Numbered from the stretch's first letter, positions 49,182 through 59,070 are shown. The stretch is 63,290 nucleotides of DNA from SAR202 cluster bacterium (GCA_009392515.1 VFGE01000019.1:1-63290); one strand, 5' to 3'. The notes: generated by a model from the letters alone, not told the origin. Made by a program: numbers and translations.

Positions 49182-51179
49182 TCAATTTTGCTCAATAATA
49201 AGGTTATGCCAACCATCTACTTTTGCTTTCCAATCAGGAGGAACTAGTACAGTACAATCCATTTGCACAACTAAGCCAGGTCCTTGGAAATAATTTCCTG
49301 ATACTAATTTGCTTCGTTCATAAACTTTTGAATCTAATAAACCAGCATTAACAAATCCAATGTTAGCATTTCCAGAATCTTGTGCCATACGATGTACAGG
49401 TTCTGCAGATTTCATTTCAACTTCTTTAGTTATCCCCACTACCCTTAGTCGTAAATTAACTACTTCCAAAGATTGTGTTTCATCATTGTACCCAAATCTT
49501 TCAAAATGATATCTATTAAAAGTATTTTTTATATCTTCTTTAAAATTTTTCTCACTAACTGGACATTCAATGGTAAGCTCAAAAGATTGACCATGATATC
49601 TAACATCAAGCAATTTCTGGATATTTATGTCGCTTTGCTGAAAACCTTCTTGTTCCAAGTCATATATGCCATTTTCTTTCATAGGCTCAAATAATTTCTG
49701 AATTGAATCAAAATCAACTTTTTCATCACCAAGCATTATGGTTTGCACATAATCTTTTTCAACATCTGCAATTGCAACACCTAATGCAGATAAAACTCCC
49801 GGATATTGTGGAATTAGAACTCGAGGAATGCTTAATTCACTTGCTAATTCACAAGAATGTATCGGCCCAGACCCCCCAAAAGCTACAAGAGTAAAATCTC
49901 TTGGATCATATCCCCTCTCTAAAGAAACTTTTCTAACTGCTCTCTCCATATTAGAATTTACTACCTTTAGCACTCCTAATGATATTTCGGTCAAATTTAA
50001 ATCTAATTGATCACCTAGAACCCCAAGAGCGGCCGCACTTCTGGATTTATTTAAAGGCATTCTACCGCCCAAGAAATAATCTGAAGATACTCTTTCTAAG
50101 ACAAAGTTAGCATCAGTAACAGTTGGTTTAGTTCCAACACCATAACAAGCAGGACCAGGATTAGAAGATGCTGATTCAGGTCCGACACTTAATGAATTTC
50201 CAGAATCAATGTGTGCAATCGAACCACCGCCTGCACCTACAGTTACTATATCTATCATCGGTACGCTAATAGGTAACCCATCTATTTTGGTTTGAGTTGA
50301 TTTTTGTATTTCTCCAGGACATAACGAAACATCTGTAGATGTGCCCCCCATATCTAAAGTAATTATATGATCAAATCCCGCTAATTGAGATATCCAAAAG
50401 GAACCAACAACCCCACCAGCAGGGCCGCTTAACATAGTCCGAACCGGTTGATTCCGTGCTTGTTTAGAAGAGATAGCCCCCCCTGAAGATTGCATTATTC
50501 TTAAATTAGAATTCTCAATCTTACCTTCTAAATTACCTAGATATTTATCAATTATTGGTCCAACATATGAATTAACTACAACTGTACTTGTTCTCTCATA
50601 CTCCCTAAATTCTGGTAAAACTTGACTTGAAATGGATTTATATAAATTTAAATCAATTTCAGATATTTTTTGGTTAATAAAATCTTCATGTAAAGAATTT
50701 TGAAAAGAAAATAATAAACTTACAGCTATTGAATTAATACCACTACTTTTTATAGATTCAATTATTTCATTTAAATTTTCACCATCAAGCTCATAAATAA
50801 TATTGCCATTTTTATCCATACGCTCTGCGATACCCCAAATATTATTGTCTGATATCAAAGGTTTTGGTTTATCCTGATTTAAATCATACAAAGAAGAACG
50901 ATTTTGCCTACCTATTTTGAGCACATCTTCAAATCCTTTAGTAGTTATTAAACCAGTTTTTGCACCCTTTCGTTCTAAAAGTGTATTTGTTGCCACTGTT
51001 GTTCCATGAGCTATAGTTTCTACATCTAATTTGTTCAAATCATTTAAACCATTAACAATAGCAATAGAAGGATCTTCAGCATTTGAAAGTATTTTATGGA
51101 CTGTAAAAGTATCATCTGAAATTAATATAAAATCAGTAAAGGTTCCACCGCAATCTATCCCGATTCTTTCTGATTTCAT
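49182..51179 (-). CDS. Hydantoinase A/5-oxoprolinase ATP-binding subunit
   Basis: GIDCGGTFTD, HGTTVATN, SGPAGG, DMGGTSTD, GAGGGSIA, PTVTDAN, FGGSGP. Start placed at 51179 after GAGGT. Confidence 0.93.
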   Translation of the reverse strand: MKSERIGIDCGGTFTDFILISDDTFTVHKILSNAEDPSIAIVNGLNDLNKLDVETIAHGTTVATNTLLERKGAKTGLITTKGFEDVLKIGRQNRSSLYDLNQDKPKPLISDNNIWGIAERMDKNGNIIYELDGENLNEIIESIKSSGINSIAVSLLFSFQNSLHEDFINQKISEIDLNLYKSISSQVLPEFREYERTSTVVVNSYVGPIIDKYLGNLEGKIENSNLRIMQSSGGAISSKQARNQPVRTMLSGPAGGVVGSFWISQLAGFDHIITLDMGGTSTDVSLCPGEIQKSTQTKIDGLPISVPMIDIVTVGAGGGSIAHIDSGNSLSVGPESASSNPGPACYGVGTKPTVTDANFVLERVSSDYFLGGRMPLNKSRSAAALGVLGDQLDLNLTEISLGVLKVVNSNMERAVRKVSLERGYDPRDFTLVAFGGSGPIHSCELASELSIPRVLIPQYPGVLSALGVAIADVEKDYVQTIMLGDEKVDFDSIQKLFEPMKENGIYDLEQEGFQQSDINIQKLLDVRYHGQSFELTIECPVSEKNFKEDIKNTFNRYHFERFGYNDETQSLEVVNLRLRVVGITKEVEMKSAEPVHRMAQDSGNANIGFVNAGLLDSKVYERSKLVSGNYFQGPGLVVQMDCTVLVPPDWKAKVDGWHNLIIEQN

Positions 51180-51204
51180 ATTCATACCTCTGATTAAATT
51201 TATA

Positions 51205-52176
51205 TTATCCGTTTATACTACTTGGAATAGCTTTATTCAATAAATATGCTTCAATATTTTTAGCAGCTGCTACTGCCATTTTTTTTCTTGTCTCTATACT
51301 GGCACTGCCAATATGTGGAGTTACAACAAAATTCTCAAGAGACAATATTGGATGACTGGTTGGTATAGGTTCTGGGTCGGTAACATCTAGAGCAGCTCCA
51401 GCTATTTGATTATTTTTTAAAGCTTTGTAAAGAGATTCCATATCGATTATTGGACCACGGGCTGTGTTAACAATAATAGCGCTATTTTTCATTGTATTAA
51501 ATTCTTCTTTTCCAAACAAATGATATGTTTGATCATTCAAAATAGTATTAATACTAATAAAATCAGATTTAGCTATACCATCTTTAAGTTCGGGAACAAA
51601 TTTTAAACCTAATTCTTTTTCTAAATTCAATTTTCTCGTACGAGTATAATAAAAGATTTCCATACCAAATCCAATAGCTCTACGGCAAACTTCCATACCT
51701 ATTCTTCCTAAACCTACCACTAATAAATTAGCACCATAAATATCTCTTCCAAGAAGAGTGGAAGGATGCCAATGAGTCCACTTACCTGATCGAACAAAAT
51801 TGTCTCCTCTAACAATATTTCGTGCGATCGAAAGCATAAGGCCAAAGGCTAAATCAGCGGTAGTTTGACTCAATACATCAGGTGTATTGCACATTATAAT
51901 GCCATTTTTTGTAGCTGTATCAATATCAAAATTATCATAACCAACAGCATAATTTGAAACAATTTTTAAAGAATCTTTACCAGACTTTAAAACCTCACCA
52001 TTAATTTGATCTTCAATAGTAGTAAATAGTCCTATACATTCCGATGCTTTTTGGATAAGTACTTCCTGTGGCGGTTTGGTTTCTTGAGGCCATATTTCTA
52101 TTTTAGCAACTTTATTTAGTATTTCTTGGGCTTCGGGGGGAATAATACGAGTAACAAAAACTTTGGGTAAACTCAT
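51205..52176 (-). CDS. D-2-hydroxyacid dehydrogenase (glyoxylate reductase/D-glycerate dehydrogenase type)
   Basis: AVGYDN, NTPDVL, GLGRIG, NTARG, ALDVTDPEP, TPHIGSA. Confidence 0.93.
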   Translation of the reverse strand: MSLPKVFVTRIIPPEAQEILNKVAKIEIWPQETKPPQEVLIQKASECIGLFTTIEDQINGEVLKSGKDSLKIVSNYAVGYDNFDIDTATKNGIIMCNTPDVLSQTTADLAFGLMLSIARNIVRGDNFVRSGKWTHWHPSTLLGRDIYGANLLVVGLGRIGMEVCRRAIGFGMEIFYYTRTRKLNLEKELGLKFVPELKDGIAKSDFISINTILNDQTYHLFGKEEFNTMKNSAIIVNTARGPIIDMESLYKALKNNQIAGAALDVTDPEPIPTSHPILSLENFVVTPHIGSASIETRKKMAVAAAKNIEAYLLNKAIPSSING

Positions 52177-52277
52177 ATATCCTCCTTTATTTTAATTTCA
52201 TATGATTATTTTTATAATATTACAAATATTTCTTATGATATACTAGGCTCCATCAAATAAATTAGTGGAGGATATTT

Positions 52278-53237
52278 ATGGCGCTTTTGCTTGGAGATGC
52301 TGAAATCAACAATCTACTTACTATGGAAGATGTAGTAAATACTATGGAAAATGCATTCAAAGAAGTTGGGAAAGGAGTTACTTGGAATCGACCAAGATCA
52401 AGAATTAGACTCCCACGAGGATTTCATCATCTTATGGCAGCATCTCTTGCCGAACCAAATGTGTTTGGATTAAAAACGTATACAAGTTTTAGAAAAGGTA
52501 TACGATTTATGACCTTAGTTTATGATGGAGAGCAGGGTGATTTATTATGTATTGTGCAAGGCGGAAGATGTTCACAGATGAGAACTGGTGCAGTAAGCGC
52601 TGTGGGAACAAAATATATGGCTAACGAAAATAGTAAAACCGTTGGTATCATTGGTACAGGTTTTCAAGGAAGAGCTCAACTTGAAGGTGTATGTACTGTA
52701 AGAAATATTAGTTCAATTAAAGCTTATGACAGAGATAAAGAAGCTTGCATAAACTTCAGCAAAGAAATGACAGAAACCTTAGGTATAGAAATTACTCCAG
52801 TTGATGAACCTGAAAAGTGTGTTTCAAACTCAGATATTATTATAACAATGACAACCGCAAGAGAACCAATACTATTTGGGTCATGGTTAGAAGAAGGTAT
52901 GCACATAAATGCTGCGGGTAGTAATCACTGGATACGACGAGAAGTAGATGATGATGTGATTAAACGAGCAGATTCTATAGTTGTTGACAGTAAAGATGAC
53001 GCATATATTGAAGCTGGAGATTTATTATACCCAATAGAACGAGGTATTATACGTTGGGATCAAATCCATGAATTATCTGATCTAGTTTCTGGAAAAATTA
53101 TTAGTAGAAAATCTGATAAAGACATAACTTTATTAGAATCTCAGGGTATAGCTATAAGTGATATAGCAACTGCCGCTCTTGCTTATGAAAGAGCAAAATC
53201 TGAAGGTGTTGGACAAGAAATACCTTTAGACTTATAA
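52278..53237 (+). CDS. Ornithine cyclodeaminase/mu-crystallin family protein
   Basis: RTGAVSA, GTGFQG, HINAAGSN, ESQGIAISD; TGATATACT extended -10 and GGAGG SD. Confidence 0.9.
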   Translation: MALLLGDAEINNLLTMEDVVNTMENAFKEVGKGVTWNRPRSRIRLPRGFHHLMAASLAEPNVFGLKTYTSFRKGIRFMTLVYDGEQGDLLCIVQGGRCSQMRTGAVSAVGTKYMANENSKTVGIIGTGFQGRAQLEGVCTVRNISSIKAYDRDKEACINFSKEMTETLGIEITPVDEPEKCVSNSDIIITMTTAREPILFGSWLEEGMHINAAGSNHWIRREVDDDVIKRADSIVVDSKDDAYIEAGDLLYPIERGIIRWDQIHELSDLVSGKIISRKSDKDITLLESQGIAISDIATAALAYERAKSEGVGQEIPLDL

Positions 53238-53257
53238 ACATTATGGAGGATAAAATC

Positions 53258-54598
53258 ATGCCAACTGTTGAAGAATTAAAAGCACTAGCGATTGAAGAAA
53301 TAGATAAAAGAAAAGAAGAAATTATAGGACACGCAAAACATATATTAAATAATCCAGAAGTTGGATTTACTGAATTTAAAACATCTAAATATGTAAGTGA
53401 AATTTTCTCTAAACTAGGTATCGAACACGATGCTAATTTGGCATTAACTGGATTAAAAGGCAATATCGACTGTGGAGGAGGCGAAGGACCAAATGTTTCA
53501 GTTATTGGTGAGCTTGATTCATTAAGAATTTTCGAACACCCAATACATGATTTAACCACAGGTGCTGCTCATGCGTGTGGGCATCATTGTCAAATTGGCA
53601 GTATGATAGGTTCAATTATTGGGCTTATTGTACCTGAAGTAAAAAACAACTTAAGTGGATCAATAATACCTATAGCCGTTCCTGCTGAAGAATTTATAGA
53701 TGTAGAACAACGAATGTTATTAAGAGAAGAAGGTAAAATAGAATTTATGGGCGGAAAACAAGAATTCATAAAACTTGGAGTCTTTGATGATGTAGATATG
53801 GCAATGATGTGTCATACCTCTGCAACAAACACTACTTTTGGTGTTGGAGGAACAAGTAATGCCCATATAGTAAAATATGTTGAATTCACAGGGCAAGCCG
53901 CTCATGCTGGAGGATCTCCTCATATGGGAATTAATGCACTGAATGCTGCCATGATTGCACTTACCGGAATCAATGCAAATAGAGAAACATTTCTAGACAC
54001 AGATACTGTTCGTGTTCATGGAATTCTTACACGCGGTGGTCAAGCAGTTAGTTCAATACCTTCACAAGTTACATTAGAATGGCGTGTTCGTTCAGGATCT
54101 AATGAAGCTGTTGTAGCAAATAGTAAAAAGGTAGATAGATGTTTCCAAGCAGGAGCTATGGCAGTAGGAGCGAAAGTATCTGTTACTAATATCCCTGGTT
54201 ATATGCCTAGACTTGATAACCCACAATTACAAGAATTATTTCTGCAAAATGCTGGTCATCTCACGACTAAAGACGACATTGATATTATAGATAATTCACA
54301 TAATGGTGGTGGGTCTACAGATATGGGAGATTTATCTCAAATAATGCCTACATTACACCCTTATGTTGGTGGTGGAGATGGTGTAGGGCATAGTGAAACC
54401 TACCTCATCCATGATTATGAGAAGGCAGTTATACAACCTGCAAAAGCAATGGCATGTGTAGTGATTGATCTATTATCAAATAATGCAGCAAAAGCCAAAG
54501 AAATAAAAGAAAAACACAATTACAACATGACAGCTAGTCAATACTTAAATTTTCAAAGATCGGTAGCTGAAGTTATAGAATACGCACCTGAAGGATAA
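53258..54598 (+). CDS. M20D family amidohydrolase
   Basis: NPEVGFTE, ELDSL, HACGH, PAEE, GQAAHAG, GSTDMG. Start placed at ATG 53258 after GGAGG. Confidence 0.9.
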   Translation: MPTVEELKALAIEEIDKRKEEIIGHAKHILNNPEVGFTEFKTSKYVSEIFSKLGIEHDANLALTGLKGNIDCGGGEGPNVSVIGELDSLRIFEHPIHDLTTGAAHACGHHCQIGSMIGSIIGLIVPEVKNNLSGSIIPIAVPAEEFIDVEQRMLLREEGKIEFMGGKQEFIKLGVFDDVDMAMMCHTSATNTTFGVGGTSNAHIVKYVEFTGQAAHAGGSPHMGINALNAAMIALTGINANRETFLDTDTVRVHGILTRGGQAVSSIPSQVTLEWRVRSGSNEAVVANSKKVDRCFQAGAMAVGAKVSVTNIPGYMPRLDNPQLQELFLQNAGHLTTKDDIDIIDNSHNGGGSTDMGDLSQIMPTLHPYVGGGDGVGHSETYLIHDYEKAVIQPAKAMACVVIDLLSNNAAKAKEIKEKHNYNMTASQYLNFQRSVAEVIEYAPEG

Positions 54599-54601
54599 TA
54601 A

Positions 54602-55702
54602 ATGCAAATATTATCTTTATGGATACAACTTGGTATTACTACTGCCATAATCCTATATGCATCAAACTTTCTAGCAAGGTCAGCAGATAATATTGCTGAT
54701 AAAACGGGCCTTGGCAGATCAATAATTGGCGTTGTATTACTTGCAACAGCTACATCACTTCCAGAGTTAGGCACAGGTGCAAGCAGTATTGTTTTGTTCA
54801 ACGAAATTGACTTAGCTGCTGGAGATGTTTATGGAAGTTGTGTGTTCAATTTATTAATTATAGCAATACTTGATCTAATCTATAGAAACAAACCTATATT
54901 ATCAAGTGTAGGTAACACACCAATAATTGTAGCAGGATTGTCTATGATACTAATTTCCATATCGGTATTTGGAATACTTTACATGGAATATTTTGATGAA
55001 ATTAGTTTTCTTATATTTAATAGATTAGATCCAATAAGTATTGTCCTGCTACTACTTTTTATTACCTCAATGTTTATTATTTATAAGATAGAAAAAAATA
55101 ATGATGGATCGGAAGATGCAATCAATACATCTGATACATTAAAAAAGTCAGGTTTTATTTTTTTGCTATCAGCAATCATAATCATAATCTGTGCTGTATG
55201 GCTCGCCAATGTAGGTAAAAATATAGCAATATACATGGAATGGGAAACAAGTTTCGTAGGTACACAATTCTTAGCATTTAGTACATCTTTACCCGAATTA
55301 GCTGCATCCATTGCAGCACTTAGAATAAATGCTCCTGAATTAGCAATCACTAATGTTTTAGGAAGTAACCTTTTTAATATAGGTGTAGTCCTTTTTGCTG
55401 ATGACCTCGTCGCTACTAATGTTCATTTACTAAATGTTGTATCAAATGTTCATCTCATTTCTGCCACTGCAAGTATTATTATGACAATTATTGTTCTTTT
55501 TGCATGTAAGAAACAATTTAGTCAGAAAATATATGGTGACATCACTGCGATAATGATAATCGCCATTTACATAACAAGTAGTATTTCAATATTCCAAGAA
55601 ACATTTCAATTATTATACTTAGTATTAGGATTAGTCATCGCAACCATAATCGCATTAGTTGTCAGGTTTTACTTCAACTTTACAAATTCACAGCTAAATT
55701 AG
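54602..55702 (+). CDS. Sodium:calcium antiporter family (CaCA/YrbG-like)
   Basis: Two alpha repeats: ATSLPE...GSCVFN and STSLPE...GSNLFN. Confidence 0.88.
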   Translation: MQILSLWIQLGITTAIILYASNFLARSADNIADKTGLGRSIIGVVLLATATSLPELGTGASSIVLFNEIDLAAGDVYGSCVFNLLIIAILDLIYRNKPILSSVGNTPIIVAGLSMILISISVFGILYMEYFDEISFLIFNRLDPISIVLLLLFITSMFIIYKIEKNNDGSEDAINTSDTLKKSGFIFLLSAIIIIICAVWLANVGKNIAIYMEWETSFVGTQFLAFSTSLPELAASIAALRINAPELAITNVLGSNLFNIGVVLFADDLVATNVHLLNVVSNVHLISATASIIMTIIVLFACKKQFSQKIYGDITAIMIIAIYITSSISIFQETFQLLYLVLGLVIATIIALVVRFYFNFTNSQLN

Positions 55703-55741
55703 ATACTATAGGCTCAATATAGCATATAAAATTTATGTATT

Positions 55742-56941
55742 ATGGTAAAAGAGAGTCAAAATTTAATTTATCTTGATCACGCTTCAACTACATATATACG
55801 AGATGAAGTATATGAAGTTATGAAACCGTATTTAACAAATAATTTTGGCAATCCATCAAGTATTTATACAATTGCGCAACAGAGCAGGGTCGCAATTGAT
55901 CAATCCAGAGAAAAAGTTGCAAAAATCCTCAATTGTAGACCTAGTGAAATAATATTCACAAGCGGAGGAACTGAATCAGACAATTCTTCAATCTATAGTA
56001 CTGCCATTGCTCAAATGAATATTGGAAAACATATTATCACAAGCTCAATAGAACATCATGCTGTACTCAATGCCTGTGAATTTCTAGAAGAAAATCTTAA
56101 TTTTAAAATTACCTACTTACCAGTAAATAATCAAGGTATTGTTAATATAGAATCACTTAAATCGCAATTGACCTCAAAAACTACTTTAGTTAGCATAATG
56201 TTAGCAAACAATGAAATTGGAACAATCCAACCAATAAATGAAATTTCCAAAATAATTAAAGACTACGCTAAAAGAAATAATACGAAAATACTAATTCATA
56301 CAGATGCGGTACAAGCACCTGGATATATAAACTTAGATGTTAAAAATCTTGATGTTGATCTGTTGAGTCTCTCATCGCATAAATTTTATGGTCCTAAAGG
56401 TTGTGGAATATTGTATGTTAAAAGAGGAACTCCATTTACACCTATTACTGTTGGAGGAAACCAAGAAAGGCAAAGAAGAGCAGGAACAGAAAACGTATCA
56501 GGCATTGTTGGCACAGCAAAAGCTTTAGAACTTGCAGAATTAGAAAGAATTGAAATTACAAATAAAACAACACTTCTCCGTGATAAATTAATATCCGGTG
56601 TATTAAAAAATATTGAAAAAGTAACATTAAATGGAGACCCTATAAATCGTATAGCTAATAATGCACACTTTTCTTTTCAAGATGTTGAAGGAGAATCAAT
56701 ATTATTAAGCCTAGACTTAGAAGGTATTGCTGCTTCTAGCGGCAGTGCTTGTACATCTGCTTCATTAGAACCGTCTCATGTTCTAAAGTCTTTAGGTTTA
56801 ACAGATGAAACAGCACAATCTTCTGTTAGAATGACTTTAGGTAGAAATACTACTGAGGAAGAAATAAATTCGGTACTTGATACTCTTCCCAAAATAGTTA
56901 CAAGATTAAGGTCAATGCCTACACTTTCTAATGTATTATAA
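55742..56941 (+). CDS. iscS: Cysteine desulfurase (IscS/NifS group I)
   Basis: YLDHAST, GNPSS, TSGGTESDN, HTDAVQ, SSHKFYGPKG (PLP Lys), SSGSAC catalytic Cys. Confidence 0.93.
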   Translation: MVKESQNLIYLDHASTTYIRDEVYEVMKPYLTNNFGNPSSIYTIAQQSRVAIDQSREKVAKILNCRPSEIIFTSGGTESDNSSIYSTAIAQMNIGKHIITSSIEHHAVLNACEFLEENLNFKITYLPVNNQGIVNIESLKSQLTSKTTLVSIMLANNEIGTIQPINEISKIIKDYAKRNNTKILIHTDAVQAPGYINLDVKNLDVDLLSLSSHKFYGPKGCGILYVKRGTPFTPITVGGNQERQRRAGTENVSGIVGTAKALELAELERIEITNKTTLLRDKLISGVLKNIEKVTLNGDPINRIANNAHFSFQDVEGESILLSLDLEGIAASSGSACTSASLEPSHVLKSLGLTDETAQSSVRMTLGRNTTEEEINSVLDTLPKIVTRLRSMPTLSNVL

Positions 56942-56955
56942 ATTAGGATAAAAAA

Positions 56956-57507
56956 ATGAAACATTACACAATATATATTATGATTTTATTATTACTTGTA
57001 GTTGTTGGATGCGATTCTACTGCAAAAGCTACCGACTGGCATTTTGGGGACGCTTTAGCAGCTAGAGTCAAACAAATTAAAACTACCGACAAGATAATCT
57101 ATATGTCTTCGGGAGATCAATATATTATTGAACCAAGCCAATCAGACAGGCAGTTAACTGTTGCGCAATTGCAATTTATGAACAGGGAAGCAAGTACCCT
57201 ATATATGACTGTCAATAGAGATACTATAACGCTTCGAGACAATGACTATGTAGACTATCTTCCATTAAATCCTTTTGAAGACAGGAAAAAACTTTCTGAA
57301 AAAAGCTCTGTTAGTGAATTTTCACCATTTTTGTGGGCAGATGGTTCAGCTAAAACTCCTACTATAGAATTACCGACAAAGTGTGGTAATGCTGAAAACT
57401 GTGAAATTGTAGGATGGGTTGTATTTGAAACACCTAAAGCGATAACATATAACGAACTAATCTTTGATAGCGCAGATATCATCCACATGCGCTTCCCTGT
57501 AGATTAA
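56956..57507 (+). CDS. Putative lipoprotein (DUF4352-like Ig fold)
   Basis: Hydrophobic signal ending in a VVGC lipobox-like motif; C-terminal GWVVFETPK. Confidence 0.6.
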   Translation: MKHYTIYIMILLLLVVVGCDSTAKATDWHFGDALAARVKQIKTTDKIIYMSSGDQYIIEPSQSDRQLTVAQLQFMNREASTLYMTVNRDTITLRDNDYVDYLPLNPFEDRKKLSEKSSVSEFSPFLWADGSAKTPTIELPTKCGNAENCEIVGWVVFETPKAITYNELIFDSADIIHMRFPVD

Positions 57508-57531
57508 TTACATCGCATTTTTTAATATAGA

Positions 57532-57560
57532 TTGCTCATATTATATGCCTATGATATAAT
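57532..57560 (+). promoter_or_regulatory. Promoter of the rpsB-tsf operon
   Basis: TTGCTC, 17-nt spacer, TATAAT with extended TGn. Confidence 0.7.
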
Positions 57561-57612
57561 TGGGCTTCTTTGTCAAAAGAATCCTAAAAAAATACGGAAA
57601 TAATATAAATAT

Positions 57613-58542
57613 ATGCAAGAAAATAAAACAGTTGGATTACAATCCTTATTAGAATCTGGAGTACATTTTGGACACCAAACAAGAAAATGGGATCCACGAA
57701 TGGAAAAGTACATTTTTACGGTTAAGGATGATATCCATATTCTAGATTTATACAAAAGTGCAGAATTGCTTGATGAAGCAAAAAGCTTTGTCCAAAGAAT
57801 AGCTGCAAATGGCGGCAAGCTATTATTTGTAGGAACAAAACGCCAAGCACAACAAAGTGTAATTGATGCAGCTAATGCTACCAAAGGGTATTATATTGAC
57901 TACCGATGGTTAGGAGGAACGTTTACTAACTTCACTACCATCCAAAAAAGAATTGAGTATTTGATAAATACTGAAGAAAAACGTGCCAAGAATCAATTAA
58001 ATCATCTCCCCAAAAAAGAACTCCAAAAAGTTGATGATAAATTAGCAAAATTAAATAAATATCTTGGTGGTGTCAAAGAAATGATGAAATTACCAGAGGC
58101 AATTTTTGTTGTCGACATTGGTAAAGAAAATATTGCAATACAAGAAGCTAGGAAGTTGAAAATTCCTATAATTGGAATCGTCGATACAGACTGCAACCCA
58201 GAATTAGTAGACTTCCCTATTCCAGGTAATGATGATTCGATAAAATCGGTTCGTTTTCTGCTAAACGAAATAGTAGAATCCTATACTTCAGGAGCCAATA
58301 GTTTTCAAGAAGAGATTGTTGAACAACTTACTGCTGCTGAAGAATCAACCACTGAAGAACCTGTAGCTGAAGTAGAGGACACATCTGATAGTTCCAATGA
58401 AACAACTACTGAAGAACCTGTAGCTGAAGTAGAGGACACATCAAATGCTTCGGATGAATCAATTGCTGAAGAACCTGCAGCTGAAGTTGAAGACACATCA
58501 AATACTTCCAATGAAACAACTACCGAAAAACCTGAGGAATAA
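57613..58542 (+). CDS. rpsB: 30S ribosomal protein S2 with acidic repeat tail
   Basis: LLESGVHFGH, FVGTKRQA, RWLGGT, VDTDCNP, IPGNDD. Confidence 0.98.
   Translation: MQENKTVGLQSLLESGVHFGHQTRKWDPRMEKYIFTVKDDIHILDLYKSAELLDEAKSFVQRIAANGGKLLFVGTKRQAQQSVIDAANATKGYYIDYRWLGGTFTNFTTIQKRIEYLINTEEKRAKNQLNHLPKKELQKVDDKLAKLNKYLGGVKEMMKLPEAIFVVDIGKENIAIQEARKLKIPIIGIVDTDCNPELVDFPIPGNDDSIKSVRFLLNEIVESYTSGANSFQEEIVEQLTAAEESTTEEPVAEVEDTSDSSNETTTEEPVAEVEDTSNASDESIAEEPAAEVEDTSNTSNETTTEKPEE
58348..58539 (+). repeat. 57-bp (19-aa) tandem repeat, about 3.4 copies, in the rpsB 3' end
   Basis: Units start at 58348, 58405, 58462 and 58519; consensus TTEEPVAEVEDTSxxSxEx. Confidence 0.92.
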
Positions 58543-58546
58543 TATA

Positions 58547-59047
58547 TTGGAAATTACTACTGATATGATCAAAAGTCTCCGTGAAGAAACAAGTGCCGGT
58601 GTTATGGATTGCAAAAAAGCCTTAGAAGAAGCCAAAGGTGATCTTTCTACAGCAATATCTCTGTTACGTCAAAAAGGCATAGCAAATGTCGCAAAAAAAA
58701 CCGATCGGGCAACTAATGAAGGAATTATAGAATCATATATACATGGAAATTCAAAAGTTGGTGCAATGGTTGAGTTAGTATGTGAAACAGACTTTGTAGC
58801 AAGAATGGACGAATTCAAAGAACTTGCTCATAATTTAGCAATGCAAGTAGCAGCCATGAATCCTCAATATCTAGACGAGGATGAAATTGAAGACAAGTCT
58901 ACCAATGATGATGAACTACTTTTGATGAAACAAGCCTTTATTAAAGATTCTTCAAAAAATATTAGTGATTTGGTTACTGACTTAGCATCAAAAGTTGGAG
59001 AGAATATCAAGGTAAGACGCTTTTCAAGATTTGAATTAGGCAACTAA
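58547..59047 (+). CDS. tsf: Elongation factor Ts (short form)
   Basis: IKSLREETSAGVMDCKKAL, CETDFVAR, KVGENI; TTG start after GAGG. Confidence 0.95.
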   Translation: MEITTDMIKSLREETSAGVMDCKKALEEAKGDLSTAISLLRQKGIANVAKKTDRATNEGIIESYIHGNSKVGAMVELVCETDFVARMDEFKELAHNLAMQVAAMNPQYLDEDEIEDKSTNDDELLLMKQAFIKDSSKNISDLVTDLASKVGENIKVRRFSRFELGN

Positions 59048-59070
59048 TTAAAGCTTTATAGGAGCATACC

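Noticed and set aside
57562..57585. Small hairpin in the rpsB leader as an S2 autoregulatory element
   Set aside because: Weak AU-rich 6-bp stem that partly precedes the predicted TSS; cannot be supported without comparative data.
58348..58539. Possible CRISPR-like array
   Set aside because: Contiguous in-frame coding repeats with no unique spacers and no cas genes.
58445..58546. N-terminal extension of EF-Ts overlapping rpsB
   Set aside because: Alternative-frame read of the rpsB repeat. Homology begins at TTG 58547.
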